64,000 bases of DNA. Origin: Amoebidium appalachense. Taxonomy: Eukaryota > Protista > Ichthyosporea. Below, piece after piece: positions 1 through 28,786 of this stretch. The stretch is taken from contig CAVNZM010000011.1 in the NCBI GenBank assembly GCA_963693365.1, forward strand, positions 7,149,921 to 7,213,920, read 5' to 3'. Position 1 is the first letter of the stretch; each line of letters begins with the position of its first letter. The notes under the pieces were generated by a model. The model was not told the DNA's origin. It did not search any database and saw nothing but the letters and a program-made list of their open reading frames with translations. The translations under genes were made by a program, and so were the position numbers.

Positions 1-42
<42 letters not shown>

Positions 43-121
43 CACACACATGCACTCACGCACACACACGCACACACGCACACATGCATGCACACACACA
101 CACACACCTGTGCGCGCACAC

Positions 122-211
<90 letters not shown>

Positions 212-225
212 CGGCTTTATCACAG

Positions 226-718
226 GTGCCAGTACAAGGCCCACCGCCACATCTATCCACCAAAAAGACACCTCCGGACAAGTGCGCCCGGGGGTTCGAA
301 CCCTGCCTTCCTCGACCAGAACCAACGCACCTTTACAAGCACCAAATGGTGCATCAAGCAAACCGAAATCAGTTCAAGCGCCTAGAAAAGACATAACAGG
401 ATCAAGAAATGTGCATGCAGTACCAAGCAACCCAGATGGTGCAAGCAGTACTGACACCGCGGCCGCCGGAGGGGCAGCAACCGGCGAGAAAGCTGCGCGG
501 GAGAATGGTGCAGCAAGTGATTCCGCGGCAGTGGCGACTGGGGTTCAAGGGCAAAATGGCGATGCTGGTATGTTGTTCTTCTGGGGAAAATAAGTATTTT
601 TTGAACAAGAAATCATACCTAGCCACGAGACTATGCTATATAATATGTTTTGGGGCTCATGAACACTGACACAGCACATGCACGCTCGTTAAACCAACCA
701 CCGCATCTTCCAATCTAG
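226..718 (+). CDS. 3' end of an unidentified gene: exon 226-567 and probable last exon 675-718 (stop TAG 716-718); low-complexity S/T/A/G-rich protein
   Basis: cacag| acceptor at 225, open frame GASTRPTATSIHQKD...QNGDA, phase-1 donor G|gtatgt at 567; ctgac branch point plus acag| acceptor at 674 gives AHARSLNQPPHLPI*. No recognisable domain. Confidence 0.5.
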
Positions 719-922
719 CGTCTGGGCGCTGACCACCCGAGAGCCACTTTCCTCAAATGCTTCTCACCAATCAAGAGATTAAATCAAATTGTGTCACATG
801 CCGATGTCGACATTCGACAGAGCCAGCTTCTTCGTGCCTTTTTCAGCCCGGCGGCTGCACGACGTCATGGAATTTGTGCAAAGAATGACATCACCAACGT
901 GGCTCCCCGCCCAGACGCTAAA

Positions 923-15509
<14,587 letters not shown>

Positions 15510-16085
15510 GCACCAGAGTACATAGCTTAGTAGGGATGCTAATAAAAATAGAATATATGAATCTTAAATCATTTAAAATCTTATATGTGTGGTGCAATGT
15601 TCTGTCTATTACTGAAAGTCCTCTAATAGTCTGTACAATAGAGTAGTTTAGAAACCATGTTGGCGCCAACTTTACAACTAAAAAATGCCATACTCGCAAA
15701 CATATTCCTACTTTTTTGGTTGTTTTGGCCACATCCATTTATTCGACATGGAGCAAGATAGACCATTCTGTGATGACATTGTAGCTCAGGCTGAACTTCA
15801 GGGCTTATGTCCACATCCAATATTGCAAGTTATAAATGTTTGCCCATGCTGTGCCTCCATCTCACCGAACCCCCCTCACCCCCCCCCCCCCCCCCCCCCC
15901 CCTCCCCCCCCCTAAATCCCTCCCCGCCCCCCCCCCCCCCCCCCCCCCCCCCCTCCCCCCCCCCCCCCCCCCCCCTTCAAGAAAGTACAAAGAAGATGGC
16001 TTTCCTAGCCCTCGAGCCCTTCTCTTTCCTTTCGCTCCCTTATCCAATCCTCCGCTGGTGTATATACGTATTAGATCATACTTGG

Positions 16086-16144
16086 TGACGTCATAAATGT
16101 TTGCGCAATCATTTAGTTTGCGCAATCATTAGGTTTGCGCAATC
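16086..16144. promoter_or_regulatory. bZIP-type site cluster upstream of BRAT1: TGACGTCA (CRE) at 16086 plus three TTGCGCAA (C/EBP-type palindrome) at 16101, 16118 and 16135
   Basis: Motifs read directly, 17-bp period, 150-200 bp upstream of the BRAT1 ATG; function inferred. Confidence 0.5.
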
Positions 16145-16292
16145 GCCAGTACAAAAGCATTCAACAACAGTACTGGAGCTCATTTCACCAGTAGCCGTCA
16201 ACTTTTTCCACTGTTGCTTTCCTTTTCCTTCTGCCTGTTGTTTCTCCAGCCAGAACCGCTGCCTGTCGGGTTTTTAAGAGTCCGCTGTCATC

Positions 16293-17985
16293 ATGGGTGA
16301 GAACAATGAGGTTGCAAAGAACGGCAGTGGTAGTGAAATTGAAAAGGTAATTCTCCTCCGAGCAGCCGCTTTCTCCATCTCCCCCCCCCCGCCCCCCCCC
16401 CCTCCCCCCCCCCTCCCCGCCCCCCCCTCTCTCTCCCCTCCTCCCCTCTAAACACCCCACACCATCCCACCTCCCCCGGCCTTCCCGCGCCACATGCCAC
16501 CTTTCTCCCCTGAGTTATCGCTTTTCTCTTTCCATCCTGTGCCTAGTGTCATCCCTGCCAGTTCCCCCCCCCCCCTCCCCCCGCCCCTCCCCTCCGCCTC
16601 CTCCCCACAGCCCCGGCCTCCCACACCACACCCGCACCGCCAGACACCACGCATACGCATGTACACTTCCGCGCATGATCAGGATAAGGATCTCTCTCTG
16701 TCTCTCGCTTTCCCTCTGCTGGATTGTCATGAAACAATTTCCCCCCCTCCCCCCTCCTCCCCCCTCCCCCCCCCCCCCCCCCCCCCCCCACCCCCCCCCC
16801 CTTCTCCTCCCCGCCGCCCCTTCTTACAACCATTTGCCATCTGCACCAATGTACCTTTAGCCTTTTCTTACTGTCAATTGTACATGCATGTGCTAGAGAA
16901 CGGTGTACAGCCATCGGCTTGTACATGGTACTTGGGGTTGAAAAGATACTCATGTTGTGCACGTTGCGCTGTTTTGGATAATGCAGTGTTCTGAAAGGTG
17001 GATTAAAAACCAACCCGGTTACTTTGGATCTGTGAGTTTATTATCTCACAGCTAGCCTGCCCATGTGTGAATTCACATGATTCACATTAAAAACTGCTCG
17101 AGGCCTCACCATTCATCATGTTTGCTCTGACCACCTATTTCTTCGATGGCTGTTAGCTCCATACTTTAATATTGCATTTATATCACATGAAGATGGGTGC
17201 TTCTCGTTAATCTTAGCCTATCCTCTGGTTTTGCACCTCTTCCAGAAACATTGAAATTGCTTGTCATTGACCATGTTTTGCTCCCCCGGCCAGGTTCTTC
17301 GTTGGATGATAGGCCCAGACAAGCGGCTTGGAGACAACACCCTCTACGATAAGACATACGACTGGCTGAGGGAGAATGTGGGCCAACTGGACAAAGCGAA
17401 TCTGACACAACTGCTGACCAGCACAGACTTTCAGTGCAAGCTTTGGGTATGTTGCTTATGTTACTTACCCTTTTTCTTTGCCCCCCCCCCCCCTCACCCC
17501 CTTTCCTGCAACCTGCATCTCCAGCGTGTCTCTCTCCTACGTGAACTTGCGTGCATACACGGCCCAATTCTTAGGTGTGTGCTCAAGCACACAGCATACC
17601 ACAAACGAAAAAGGGTGAAGCAGGAACAGGAGGTGTGAGTGGGGAGCTGTATTAGGCCCCTGCTTGCTGACAATGCTTGGCAAAGGTTCTATGTTCTTGG
17701 TGATGAGCTTCTGTGCATACAGCTCCCATCCCCATCCCTCACAAACAAAAACCCCCCGGGTTCTTTTTGGTTTCTTCTTTTATTCTTTTATCTGTGTTGG
17801 TTTTGCAAGTGAATTTGCTTCCATATCACCACATTCAAGTGCATATGCCTTACCCCTCCACCTTCCCGGTGATACATACTCTATGTGTGTGCTGTTTTTT
17901 CGCAAATGCTGCATGGTGTTTCCGTCGCGGATGTACACTTTGTGTTCTGTTCCACATTCAAGGCCCCCTCCCCCCCTCCCTCCCC

Positions 17986-18020
<35 letters not shown>

Positions 18021-19377
18021 CCCCCCCCCCCCCCCCCCCCCCCTCCGCCTGCCGTTACCAAGTTTTCTAGGTTGACATGCTTACTAACATGCTTACTAAC
18101 AAACCCTTGTTCCATACAGCAAGGGCTCACCAGCGCCCAACCTCGTGTTTCCGGAGTGTTTGTTCGCCTGGTTGGATATCTAGCACCCCTACACAACCAC
18201 AGCTGTGTTTCTGTGTTCACGGAACCACAGCCCGACGTGTTTTCTGGCGGTTGGCAGATTGTCGATTTTACAGGATATTCGGAAACGGAAAGCGTACACC
18301 ACCACCACCACGAACACGGTCACAGTCATAGCCACATTTCAAGAAACCAGAACACCAACGAAACACAAACCCAAACACCAACACCAAGCACTTCGTTTCT
18401 GGATTTCGTCTTGAACGAAGTTTTTTCCGTCGAAAACGTCCGTGTGGTTGTGGCGCTCGAGTCTGTCGCTTTATCCCTTTCCAACCCAAACAAAAAACAC
18501 AATGAGATTGGTGTTGATACAGGCGGCGAGGGTGCGCTTTGGGTGTGGGTGGTGAAAAACAGTGAAAGTCTGTTGGGAGGATGTTTGGATGCAGCCACAA
18601 ACGGGAGCATGTATGCTCGACAGGCCAGCACAGATTTGCTAGCTCGGGTACCTTTTTCCCTCCCCCCCCCCCCCCCCCTCCCCTCTCCCCCCCCCTTCTC
18701 CCCCTCTCCCCCTCTCTCTGCCCCCCTTCCCCCCTCCCCTCGCCACCACGCACCCACCTTTCCACCTCCTTCCTCTTTAGGATGGGCTCTGTTTATGATG
18801 CATGCTCTTTATTTGTGGTTGTGTTGTCGTTTTGTAACACAATCTAACCTTCCCCCCCTCCCCCCCCCCCCCCCCAAAAAAAAAAAAAAGAAAGAAAGAA
18901 AGAAAGAAACACCCCTTTCCCTCCCTCCCCCCCCCCCCCTCCCTTTCTCCCTCTTTCGGGCCTCTCCCCCTCGCCTCCTTCAGTCCCCCCCCCCTCCCCC
19001 CTGGCCTGCCCGCCCTCTTCCTCTCTTATCGGTATCACCACCCCATACCCACTTCACTCCTGCCATCGTGTCCCGGCCCATTCGTAACACACGCACACAC
19101 ACACACACACACACACGCACACACACACACACACGAGGCCCAGGCCTATGGGTGTCAATCGGACAATGGTGCTGGGAGAGGAAGGGGAGATGGGTGGGGT
19201 TGGGGCGCGGTTGGGGGAGGTGGGTAAGGTTGGGGGGGGGGGGTATAATCTTTTTTTTTTTCTAAAAAAAAGAGGCAAGATTGCCCTTCCATTGGAATTC
19301 CACTGCTGACTGCCCCCCTCCCCCCCTCCCCCCCCCCCCCCCCCCCCCCGTTCTTCTCCGCGTCCTCTCCCCCCCCC

Positions 19378-19408
<31 letters not shown>

Positions 19409-19831
19409 ACACACAAGACGGACACAAAAAAAAACCCCTTTCCTTTTCCCCATTTTTATGTTCCTTTCTTGCATGTTCTTGCATGTCGCAGTTAGTGTCT
19501 GGATCGTACGCCCACAGTCCTACACTGTACGGCACGTTGAGCGATTGCAATTGGCTGTTGGGTGCGGTCAGAGATCGCTTCCGGAAAAGTGAGAGTGGAA
19601 GTGATCAAAGTGATGTCGGGGAGGTGAGTTTTTTTTTTCCTTTTTTTTTTTTTGCCCCATTGTTTTTGTCTTTGTTCATTTTCTTTGGGGGGAAGGGGGG
19701 GGGGGGGGGGGGGAGGGGGGGGGGGGAGGGGAGGGAGGGGGGCTTTTGGGGAAGATGCTAAGGTAATGGTAGGGAGACGCAGTGATTAGCTGATGTGTTT
19801 GTATTTGTGTTGGGTAATGGGGTTTGGTCGT

Positions 19832-19863
<32 letters not shown>

Positions 19864-19986
19864 GGTGATGTGTTACAGGTGTGCAAGTTAGGGGAGACAT
19901 AGGCTTAGTTGTGTAACGGATGGATGGGGAGGACATAGGCAGGGAGGGATTATTGTGGAAGTAGCTCGTTTCTTTCTTTTTCTCTT

Positions 19987-20019
<33 letters not shown>

Positions 20020-20113
20020 GTTTTTACAGGCCGCCAAGAGAAACGTCAATCTTATTACTGAGGTCAAAAGCGAAGATGGTTATTGCAGGAAAATGTGGTG
20101 TGCCCGGGCGGGG

Positions 20114-20152
<39 letters not shown>

Positions 20153-20188
20153 CTTTCCCACCTGTAACCACCGATGAACCTGACCTCT

Positions 20189-20224
<36 letters not shown>

Positions 20225-20666
20225 ACCCCTTTCCCTTCCCTTCCCCGACACATTCACCCACCCACCCGCTCGCTCGCCTCTCGCTCTCTCTTTCTCTCTC
20301 TTACTCGGGTTCGGGTTTACTCGCCTGTTACCGTTCACACAATCACGATGGGTTCGGAAAACACATGCAAGTGGTCCATAGAAGAATTTTTTTCTTTGGT
20401 CTAGGCATAGAATCCCTTTCCCCCCACACAGACGAATTTGTTCTTTGGTCTAGGCATAGAACCCCTCCCCACACACAGACGAATTTGTTCTTTGGTCTAG
20501 GCATAGAACCCCCTCCCCACACACACACACACACAGACACACACAGTGCGATGGGGTTTCTGCTCACGCATCTCTCTGCTTGCATGATGGTGTTGATTTC
20601 TGTTTGCTATTCTGTGTTTTTGGATTTTCAACGTCTCTGCTTCCACATTTGCCATCAGCTAATGGA

Positions 20667-20698
<32 letters not shown>

Positions 20699-20758
20699 AA
20701 AAAAAAGGAAACATCATGCAAGACAAACACGCACACGCGCGCGCACACACACACACAC

Positions 20759-20836
<78 letters not shown>

Positions 20837-20842
20837 CTCACA

Positions 20843-20921
<79 letters not shown>

Positions 20922-21001
20922 CCCCCTACCCCCTCCCCCACCGCCCTTCCCTCCAGCTCGTTTTCCCCCCTCTCCTCCCTCCCCCCTCCCCCCGCCCCCC
21001 T

Positions 21002-21050
<49 letters not shown>

Positions 21051-21772
21051 CACCACAGAGAGTCACCCTATGGGTGCATCATCTGATTCTGTCTGTTGCA
21101 CGTGAGGGTACCCCTGGGGCACGACAATGGCTGGCTGCAGCAAAACCATTGTGGGACTGTGTGCATGGGGCACTTATGGATATGTGAGTGAAATCATTCC
21201 TGCCTTTCCGTCCCCCCCCCCCCCCCCCCCCCCCATCTCCACATCACCTCCTTCCCCTCCCCCCTCCCCCCTCCCCCACCGTTCAAGTGAAGCAGTGTCT
21301 GGGTTGGGTTTCGTCGACGAGGTAAATGGGTCAAAACTCGGGCACTGTGGATGACTTGAGCCCCGTGAGAATGGGTTCTGCGTATTATGCATGCTCTTTG
21401 TGTGGTTGGTACTCTGCACTATTTTGTCCGTTATGGATTCGTACTATATAGCCTGTTCTGTAGCCTACCCCCCCCCCCCCCCCTTCTCCCCGCCCCCGGG
21501 GGCGCGCATCTCCTCCTCCCCCTCCTCTCCCACCTCTCAGTCCCCTCCCCCCAAATGATGCATGCTCCTTGTGTGTTCGTTTCCGTTTTTTTTTGTTTTT
21601 TTTGTTTTGTTTTGGGGGGGGGGGGGGGGGTAACGGCATTGTGTTGTTCTTCTTTAATGCACACCTCGCATCACCTAGTGCCTTCCAGAACACACACACA
21701 CACACACGCACGCGCGCACACACACACACACGCACACGCGCACACACAACACACACACACACACACACACAT

Positions 21773-21837
<65 letters not shown>

Positions 21838-21838
21838 T

Positions 21839-21900
<62 letters not shown>

Positions 21901-22970
21901 TCTGGCTCAATACAACATGTACCACACGTTGCACCTAACGTGACATGTTTCATTAACCACCTCTTCGTCATTCCCAACAGGCACCAAAACACGAGCCACC
22001 TATCCATCGAGGTTCTACAAACCAGTCTTCGCCTTACACCACCGCTCCCATGGGCCCAAGTGCTTCCTGCCCCGAATATTCAAAACATCCAATCATGTGG
22101 AAGCGGTCATTCTGCGGTAGCCAATCAAAACGCCGACTCTGCTGCGCTTGTGTTTCTATTGGCGGAAACAGCCGGTACGTGCTTGCAGAACGGACGGCTG
22201 GTTAGCGGGCTTGGGCAAGCGGTTTCGCTTTCGCGAGCGTTCCTCTCCTCTCTCGACCAATCACACTCCGGTTTTAAATCTGCGTCGATATTCCTTAATT
22301 GGCTCTTTACGTGCGCCTTTCCAGAAGCAACAACACCAAACCACGCAAACACACACCAAAACGAAGTAAGCATCTTGTTTTCAGCAACCAACGACGAAGA
22401 CATCTCCATCGTGATTCCAGGTTTCGACGCTGTGCAAGCCCGAAACAGAATACATAATTCGAGCAAAAAGGAACGGTGGGGATTGGTTCAAACTGTTTTG
22501 GAGGCGGTAACCGTCCTCCCTGCATACAATTTTGCGCAAAACGCGCCGCAAACGGGCCGAATTTCCACCAAGGGGTGCATTTTTGCGATGCGCGAAATCC
22601 TGAAACGCGCAACAAAAAACGGCGATTTGACTGGCGGCAGTGCATGTGTCTTTACGGAAGAGTTGCATGTTCCAGTTTCGGTGCTGAAAACGGGACTTAA
22701 CGCGATAAAGACGGTAGTGAGTGCGGGGGGTGTAGGGGGGGGTGTGGAAGAACAAGATGCAGGTGCACGCAGGGACGAGTTGGCTGCTTCGTTTTTCCCT
22801 GTGAGTTCAAACCCCCCCTCCCTTCCGCACCTCCTCACACACCCGCACGCACACGCACACACAAAAATTCACATTCGCACTCGTGGGGGCATGCACATTA
22901 ACACAGTACACCCGTGGTGGACGGACGGACACGCACAGACACGCACACAACCACATACACAGGCACGCAC

Positions 22971-23067
<97 letters not shown>

Positions 23068-23564
23068 ATACTCACACGCTGCTCCCCCCCCCCCCCCCCC
23101 CCCCCCCCCTATCCCGTCTGCCTTCCTGGCCTCGCCTCTTTCCCTTCGTTTCCCCTCGAACCCTCAGCCCCCCCCCCCCCCCCCCCCCCCCCTCTTCCGG
23201 GGCAACCCTGCGCGTGTCCAAACAAAACAAAATAAAAAACAAAACAAAAAAAAAAAACAGGGACTGGTTGGTGTTCTCCAGCACAGCAGCACCATGGGCA
23301 AGGTAGCGGTGCATGCGGCCAACCAGGCCCTAGTTTCGTGTCTGGCCAGTGCCCACTGCCGTGCACTGCTCTGCTCCGTGGAGGGTACACCCTCACAAGG
23401 TGCCATGGGCTTCATGCCCCTCCCCTTCCCCCCCCCCCTCCCCTCGCTTTTGGGCACCCGTTCTGCAAAACATGCATGTATTTCCTACCGTGACTGTGCA
23501 CAAATAATATGAAAGATGTAACGCGTTGTATAAGCGCCCCTCCCCTCCCCCCCCCCCTCCCCCC

Positions 23565-23618
<54 letters not shown>

Positions 23619-24964
23619 CCTCACACCCCCAAACCCCAACCCTAACCCCCTTCCACACACCTATAGGTAAGCCTTTGGGCTTTGCATCCCCGCCCCCCTC
23701 CCCCATCCCCTCAAACACCCCCAGCCCCCCACCCCATCCCCTGTCCTTCAAAAAGAAAAAAAACGAAAAAACGAAAAACAACTAAACACACAGACACCCT
23801 TATTCCTATTCCCAATAGTTTCGCCAAGCACAGCAGCCCCCCCCGCCCCCCCTTCTTCCCCGCGCTGCCTGCGCTCACTACTTGTCCATTCTTCTGTTCT
23901 TGTTCTCTCTATTCACACATTTCGCCTTTCTCAATCGGTCTTTCGTTGGTTCATATCCCCTTCTTCCTTCTCTCGTGGGTTTTTCCCTCTTTTTTTTTTT
24001 TTTTTTTGGGGGGGGGGGGGGGGGAGAGGAGGGGGAGGTGGATCTTTGCCACGATGTTCACACCCTCTGTTAAACATATCCCCCTCCGCCTCCCCCCTCC
24101 CCTTCCCCCCCCCCCCCCCCCCCCCATCTCCACACACACACACACACACACAGGGGCCAATGATCTCGTGCTTGCCCTTCAGCACCTGCTTGTGGATGCG
24201 CACTGGGAGAACAGAGACACGGCAATGTCCACCGTTTCACAGCTCTATGCCATCGCAAAAATGGAGATGGTAAGCGAAACTTTTTCTATTGGGTTTGCAG
24301 ACGTTTGGGAAGGGTGGTGGGTGGGTGGGTGGGTGGGTTTGGGGGGGATGGGGGGGGGGGGGGGGTGCGAGTGGAGGGGGGGGGGAGGGGACAGAGTTTA
24401 CACGTGGGTGGGTGGGCGGGTGGACGGGTGCGTGGGTGGGTGGGTGTGAGAAGGGGGGCGGGAGAAGAGGGGGGGAAGGGGGGGGAGGCTACACTACCAT
24501 CTATGGATTGTGTTTGTCTAGAACGGCCCAGCCGGATTGAGGTATTTATTATTGGGACATATCCTCCCTCCCCTCCCCCCCCCCCCCCCCCCCCCCGCCC
24601 CCGCCGCCGGGCGTTTTGCTGTCACCCCTTCTCTGCCTTCCTCTCTCAGATTTGTCTCAAGAAGCACCAGTGAGTGAACCAGTACACACACACACACTGA
24701 GCACAGGTGGCACAACACTCTTGCACACACACATGTGTCCGCACATCCCCAAAGACACCCACCCACACACACACACACTTCGACAGACACACTCAGATAC
24801 ACGAGTGCACATAACCATGCTCGCACGCAAACTTGCCCACACACACTCAGCTCACTCGCCCTCATTCCTGCACACACGCGCACAGGAACACATGAGCTCA
24901 TACACTCCCTCCCTTAATCACTCATTGCACATGACACGCGCCCTCCACACAAACACACATACAT

Positions 24965-25016
<52 letters not shown>

Positions 25017-25065
25017 ACAAACACACACACACACACACTCAGACACACACACACACACACATACA

Positions 25066-25110
<45 letters not shown>

Positions 25111-25939
25111 ACAAACATGCACATAGGCCGCATGCAGACGCACCGAGGCAGGAAGCCCGGCCACCCCCCTCTCCAACCTCCTCCAATCATCCGCCCTCCT
25201 CTCTTCTGTCTGGAGCCATTTTAAAGAAACAGAGGGATACCTTCGCGAACGGGTGGTCGAATGCTTAAAGTCTGCAACGATTGGATTTTCGCCGCCTTTC
25301 CGCCAATCGCAATTGGGTTGTATTAAAGACGGCGGGGCGGTTGGGGTTGTAGCGGGGCTTGCTGGGTGTCTTGTGACTGACGGGGAGGGACTTGTGCGAT
25401 CTGCGGTTTTAAATCTGCTCAATGATTGGTGGGATACGCCGGATATGGCGGCAGTTTTGATTGGCTGTTGCAAGGACCCGACAACCACGACAGAGAATAG
25501 ATGCGGTGATGATGATGGAATGAACGGGAATAGGGTGGAAGGAATGGAAACGAGCGGAACGAACATAGGGGGAGAGGGAGAGGAAATGGAAGAAGAGGGA
25601 GGGGTTGAAGGGAACGAGAGAGACGTGGAGAGGATATTGGATGATATTGTTGGGTTTGAAAATGAGAGCGAATATATGGGGTCTGAAACGGGCTCTGTTG
25701 TTTCCGGGGGTTCTATGGGGAGCATGGGCAGAGGTAGCGTGGGTGGAGGTGTTGGTGGGGGTGGAATAAAGGGAAAGAGGGCACACCCCCCGTTGTATAT
25801 TTCGTTCATGGGGCAGTGGGCATCGCACGGAGGGAGTAGTGTTGGTGGCGATATGAATGGGGATAGGGGGGTGGATATGGAGGTGGACGTGGGTGGACGG
25901 ATAGAGGCAAATCAGGTGTGTATGTGTGTGGGTGTGTGT

Positions 25940-25987
<48 letters not shown>

Positions 25988-26382
25988 ATTTTTTGCTTTT
26001 TGTTGTTTTTGGGAGGACGGGGGGGGGGGGGGGGGGGGGGGGGGATGTGTGGGTTGGTGTGTGTGTGTGTGTGTCTGTGTGTGTGTGTGTGCGCGCGCGC
26101 GTAAAGCCAATGTGTCTGTGTGTTCAGGTGCTTGTGTGTGTGTGAAGTGGATGTGCGCGGGCGTTTTTATCTGCCTGTTGGTGTCCCTTTTTTTTTTTGC
26201 ATCCATGTTGAACCCTCTCCCTCCCAGGGGGCCTCCCGCCGTGTATGTGGTATCTGTGTGTTGGACTCGAGCAATGTGTGTGTATGGTTATGTGCCTGTG
26301 TCCGGGTCTGGGTAATTACTTTTTTGAGCGGTTAGCAAGATCCATGAGAAAGGGGCAGTGGGGAAGAGGTTCTTTCTTTTTC

Positions 26383-26413
<31 letters not shown>

Positions 26414-26622
26414 TTTTTTTTTGACGGAAGGAGGAGGGGGAGGGGAATGTGGGGGTATGGGGGGGGGGGGGGGGGAGGGGGGAGGGAGGGGAGGGGGGGG
26501 GGGGGGGGGGGGGTTCTCGGTGTCATTCGGGGGTTTCGTCGTTACATTCAGTTTGCGATATTACGGATTTGTGTTTGTCAGCTGAAGAGATAATTGTGGG
26601 AAAGAGTCGTGAGATGAGGGGT

Positions 26623-26704
<82 letters not shown>

Positions 26705-28786
26705 TGTTGTTGTATGTCCTGAAAGTTCTGAAATTTTCGCTGTTTCTTTTTCTTTCACCCACAGGAGGTTGGGTTGGTGCAAGCGGTAGCAAAGGCAACG
26801 ACAGATCTGAACTGGAATGTGCGGAAGGAATGCGCACGGTTTCTCGCAAGACTGTTTCTGATTGGTCAAAGGGGCGACGACGAGATGACGAACCAAGACT
26901 TGCGATTGGACGCTTCACAGAGCGCCATTGCAGCAAACTCGTTCTATTGGATGGATGGGGATGTGTTTTTCCGTGGGTTTGCATCGTGTGATAGACCGGT
27001 ACGTCTTGAGATGTGCAAATGGCTCGGAGAAATGCGGCAGGCCGTTGTGTCTGGGCAGAATGCCGAGGGTAAAATACCTCCCCCCCCCCCCCCCCCTCTA
27101 TTTCTCACCCTCTTTCCGAAGGAAAGGAGAAATTTACTACTTCCAACTGTAAATCACTTAGCCACGACCCAATGGCCTACTGAAATCCTCATCTCGACCT
27201 CCCCCCTTCCCCTGCTTCTCCCCCCTCCCTCCCCTTCCTCCTCCCCCCCCCCCCCCCTCCCCCCCCCTTTCCCCCCCCCCCCTTCCCCCCCCCCCTCCCT
27301 CCCCCCCCCCCCCCCCCCAAAAAAAAAAAAAAGACGTAGACACTTGTTCATATATCTCACCTGGGTACCCGCTGCAGACACTCACACACACGCTCGCACA
27401 CATGTGCACACACATGCACACACGTACACGCTCACTTGCATATGCACATGAATCTACACACACACACTCACTCACTCACACACTCACTCACTCACTAAAA
27501 CACACTCACTCACTAACACACACACTCACTCCCTCTCTCACACACTCTTCATGTTCCCACATGCACACGCGTGCGCACGCGCCCTCGTTAGCTCACACGG
27601 ATCCCACTTTTCCCCATTGCATAGTTGTCATCACGATTGCTCTCCCCTGGATTCTCCTCTGTCTATTTCGTTTCCATTTCCTCAAATCGCCCGATGTCCC
27701 TTTCCCCTTCCTCCCCTCCCCCCCCCCCCCCCCCCCCCCCCTTCCCCCCCCCCCCCCCCCCCCCCCCCTCCCCCCTCCCCCCTCTTGTAGATGCATAGGA
27801 ACACCCCTGGTGGTGGGCTCTGCTCAAGTGTCTCCTGCCTACACATTTTTTATTAATTCTACTTTGTGGCTCAATGTTGGGTTCTTAAATTTTTGTGGAG
27901 TTTCTTGTGCTGTCTTCTGGTGTCTCCCTTCATTTTCCGAAACCTCAATGCACACATCAACCGCACCCATCACTCCCCCCCCCCTTCCCTCCCCCCCCCC
28001 CTCCCTCCTCTCCTCCCCTCCCTCCTTCCCTCCCTCCCTTTCCAACCCCCCCCCCCCCCCCCCCTTCTCCTCACCTATCGTTTTATGGTATTCACTTCCT
28101 CTCATTTCCCCACCATTACCCTCCTGCCTTCCTCTGTTCACATTACCATCCGCATGTGCCCAGTATCACACCTCCATGCACATACAAGTTAAAGAAACGC
28201 GTTACGTGCACCGTAGTAACTTCTCGGTTTCACACAGCTTAATTCCATATATGGGAAATCCGATCGAACCTGATTCCTGTTTTCGGCTCAGCTTCTGATT
28301 CTACCCTTCCCCCCTTCCCCCGTCTCCCCCCCTCCCCCCCCCCCCCCCCCCCCCCCGGCGCCCCCCCTCTCCCCCCTTCCCTCTCTCTCCCTCCCCCCGG
28401 AGGTCCCTTCCTTTCCGCTGTGCTCTCCCCCCCCTCCGCCCCCCCTCCCCCCCCCCCCCCCCCCCCCGGGAGGGGTGGGTTGTACCGTAATGTGCCATCT
28501 TTCATAAATGTGCTTCGTACCTTGTAATGCATCCTAACCCCACCCCCTCGCCCCCGCCCCACCCTCCCCCCTCTCTACCCCCACTCCCCCCTCCTCCTGC
28601 CCCCGTGCACTTGCAGGTGAACGTGCAATGGCATTTTCTGATTGGCTGAAACACGGATCGGTAATTGAGGTCACGTGTGCCCTTGAGGCAGAGTCGCAGT
28701 GGGAGGCAGAGCACAGCAACCCCCTAAAAGTGTTTGGGCTGGCAGAGGGGTCGGTGGCTACAAACATCCCAGACTGCTACAATTGA
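16293..28786 (+). CDS. BRAT1: BRAT1 (ARM/HEAT-repeat Integrator INTS9/INTS11 assembly factor), ~1120 aa; exons 16293-16346, 17294-17446, 18120-18647, 19492-19623, 20030-20062, 21059-21183, 21981-22800, 23261-23399, 24154-24269, 25127-25915, 26765-27068, 28617-28786
   Basis: Phase-consistent GT-AG chain. Motifs colinear with human BRAT1: [18 protein letters not shown] (PRQPVADDTCLEKLLDWF), [14 protein letters not shown] (DSSLFVASAASQLL), HWENRDTA (CWEVRDSA), ETEGYLR (DPESYVR), DLNWNVR (DLDWEVR), CDRPV, and C-terminal PDCYN* (ADCY*). Confidence 0.8.
20392..20522 (+). repeat. Tandem repeat, about 3 copies of ~47-49 bp (ttctttggtctaggcatagaa...cacagacgaatttg)
   Basis: Three copies of ttctttggtctaggcatagaa read directly in a BRAT1 intron. 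Confidence 0.85.
21282..21466 (+). mobile_element. 5'-truncated copy of the dispersed poly-C-tailed retroelement-like family
   Basis: gttcaagtgaagcagtgtctgggttgggtttcg...ctgtggatgacttgagcccc..gagaatgggttctg aligns by eye with 55353-55480; ends in a C-run. Confidence 0.65.

Noticed and set aside
288-306. gggttcgaaccc palindrome resembling a tRNA T-arm/B-box
   Set aside because: Lies inside a coding exon; no A-box or cloverleaf around it
716-718. Genome-wide stop-codon reassignment
   Set aside because: TAG, TGA and TAA all end recognisable proteins at expected positions (MRPL24, BRAT1/COMMD4, COA5) and none occurs inside conserved domains
15748-15830. Short ORF MEQDRPFCDDIVAQAELQ... as a BRAT1 first exon
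   Set aside because: Weak donor, no similarity, and phase-0 splicing to the 16250 acceptor hits a stop; ATG 16293 fits better
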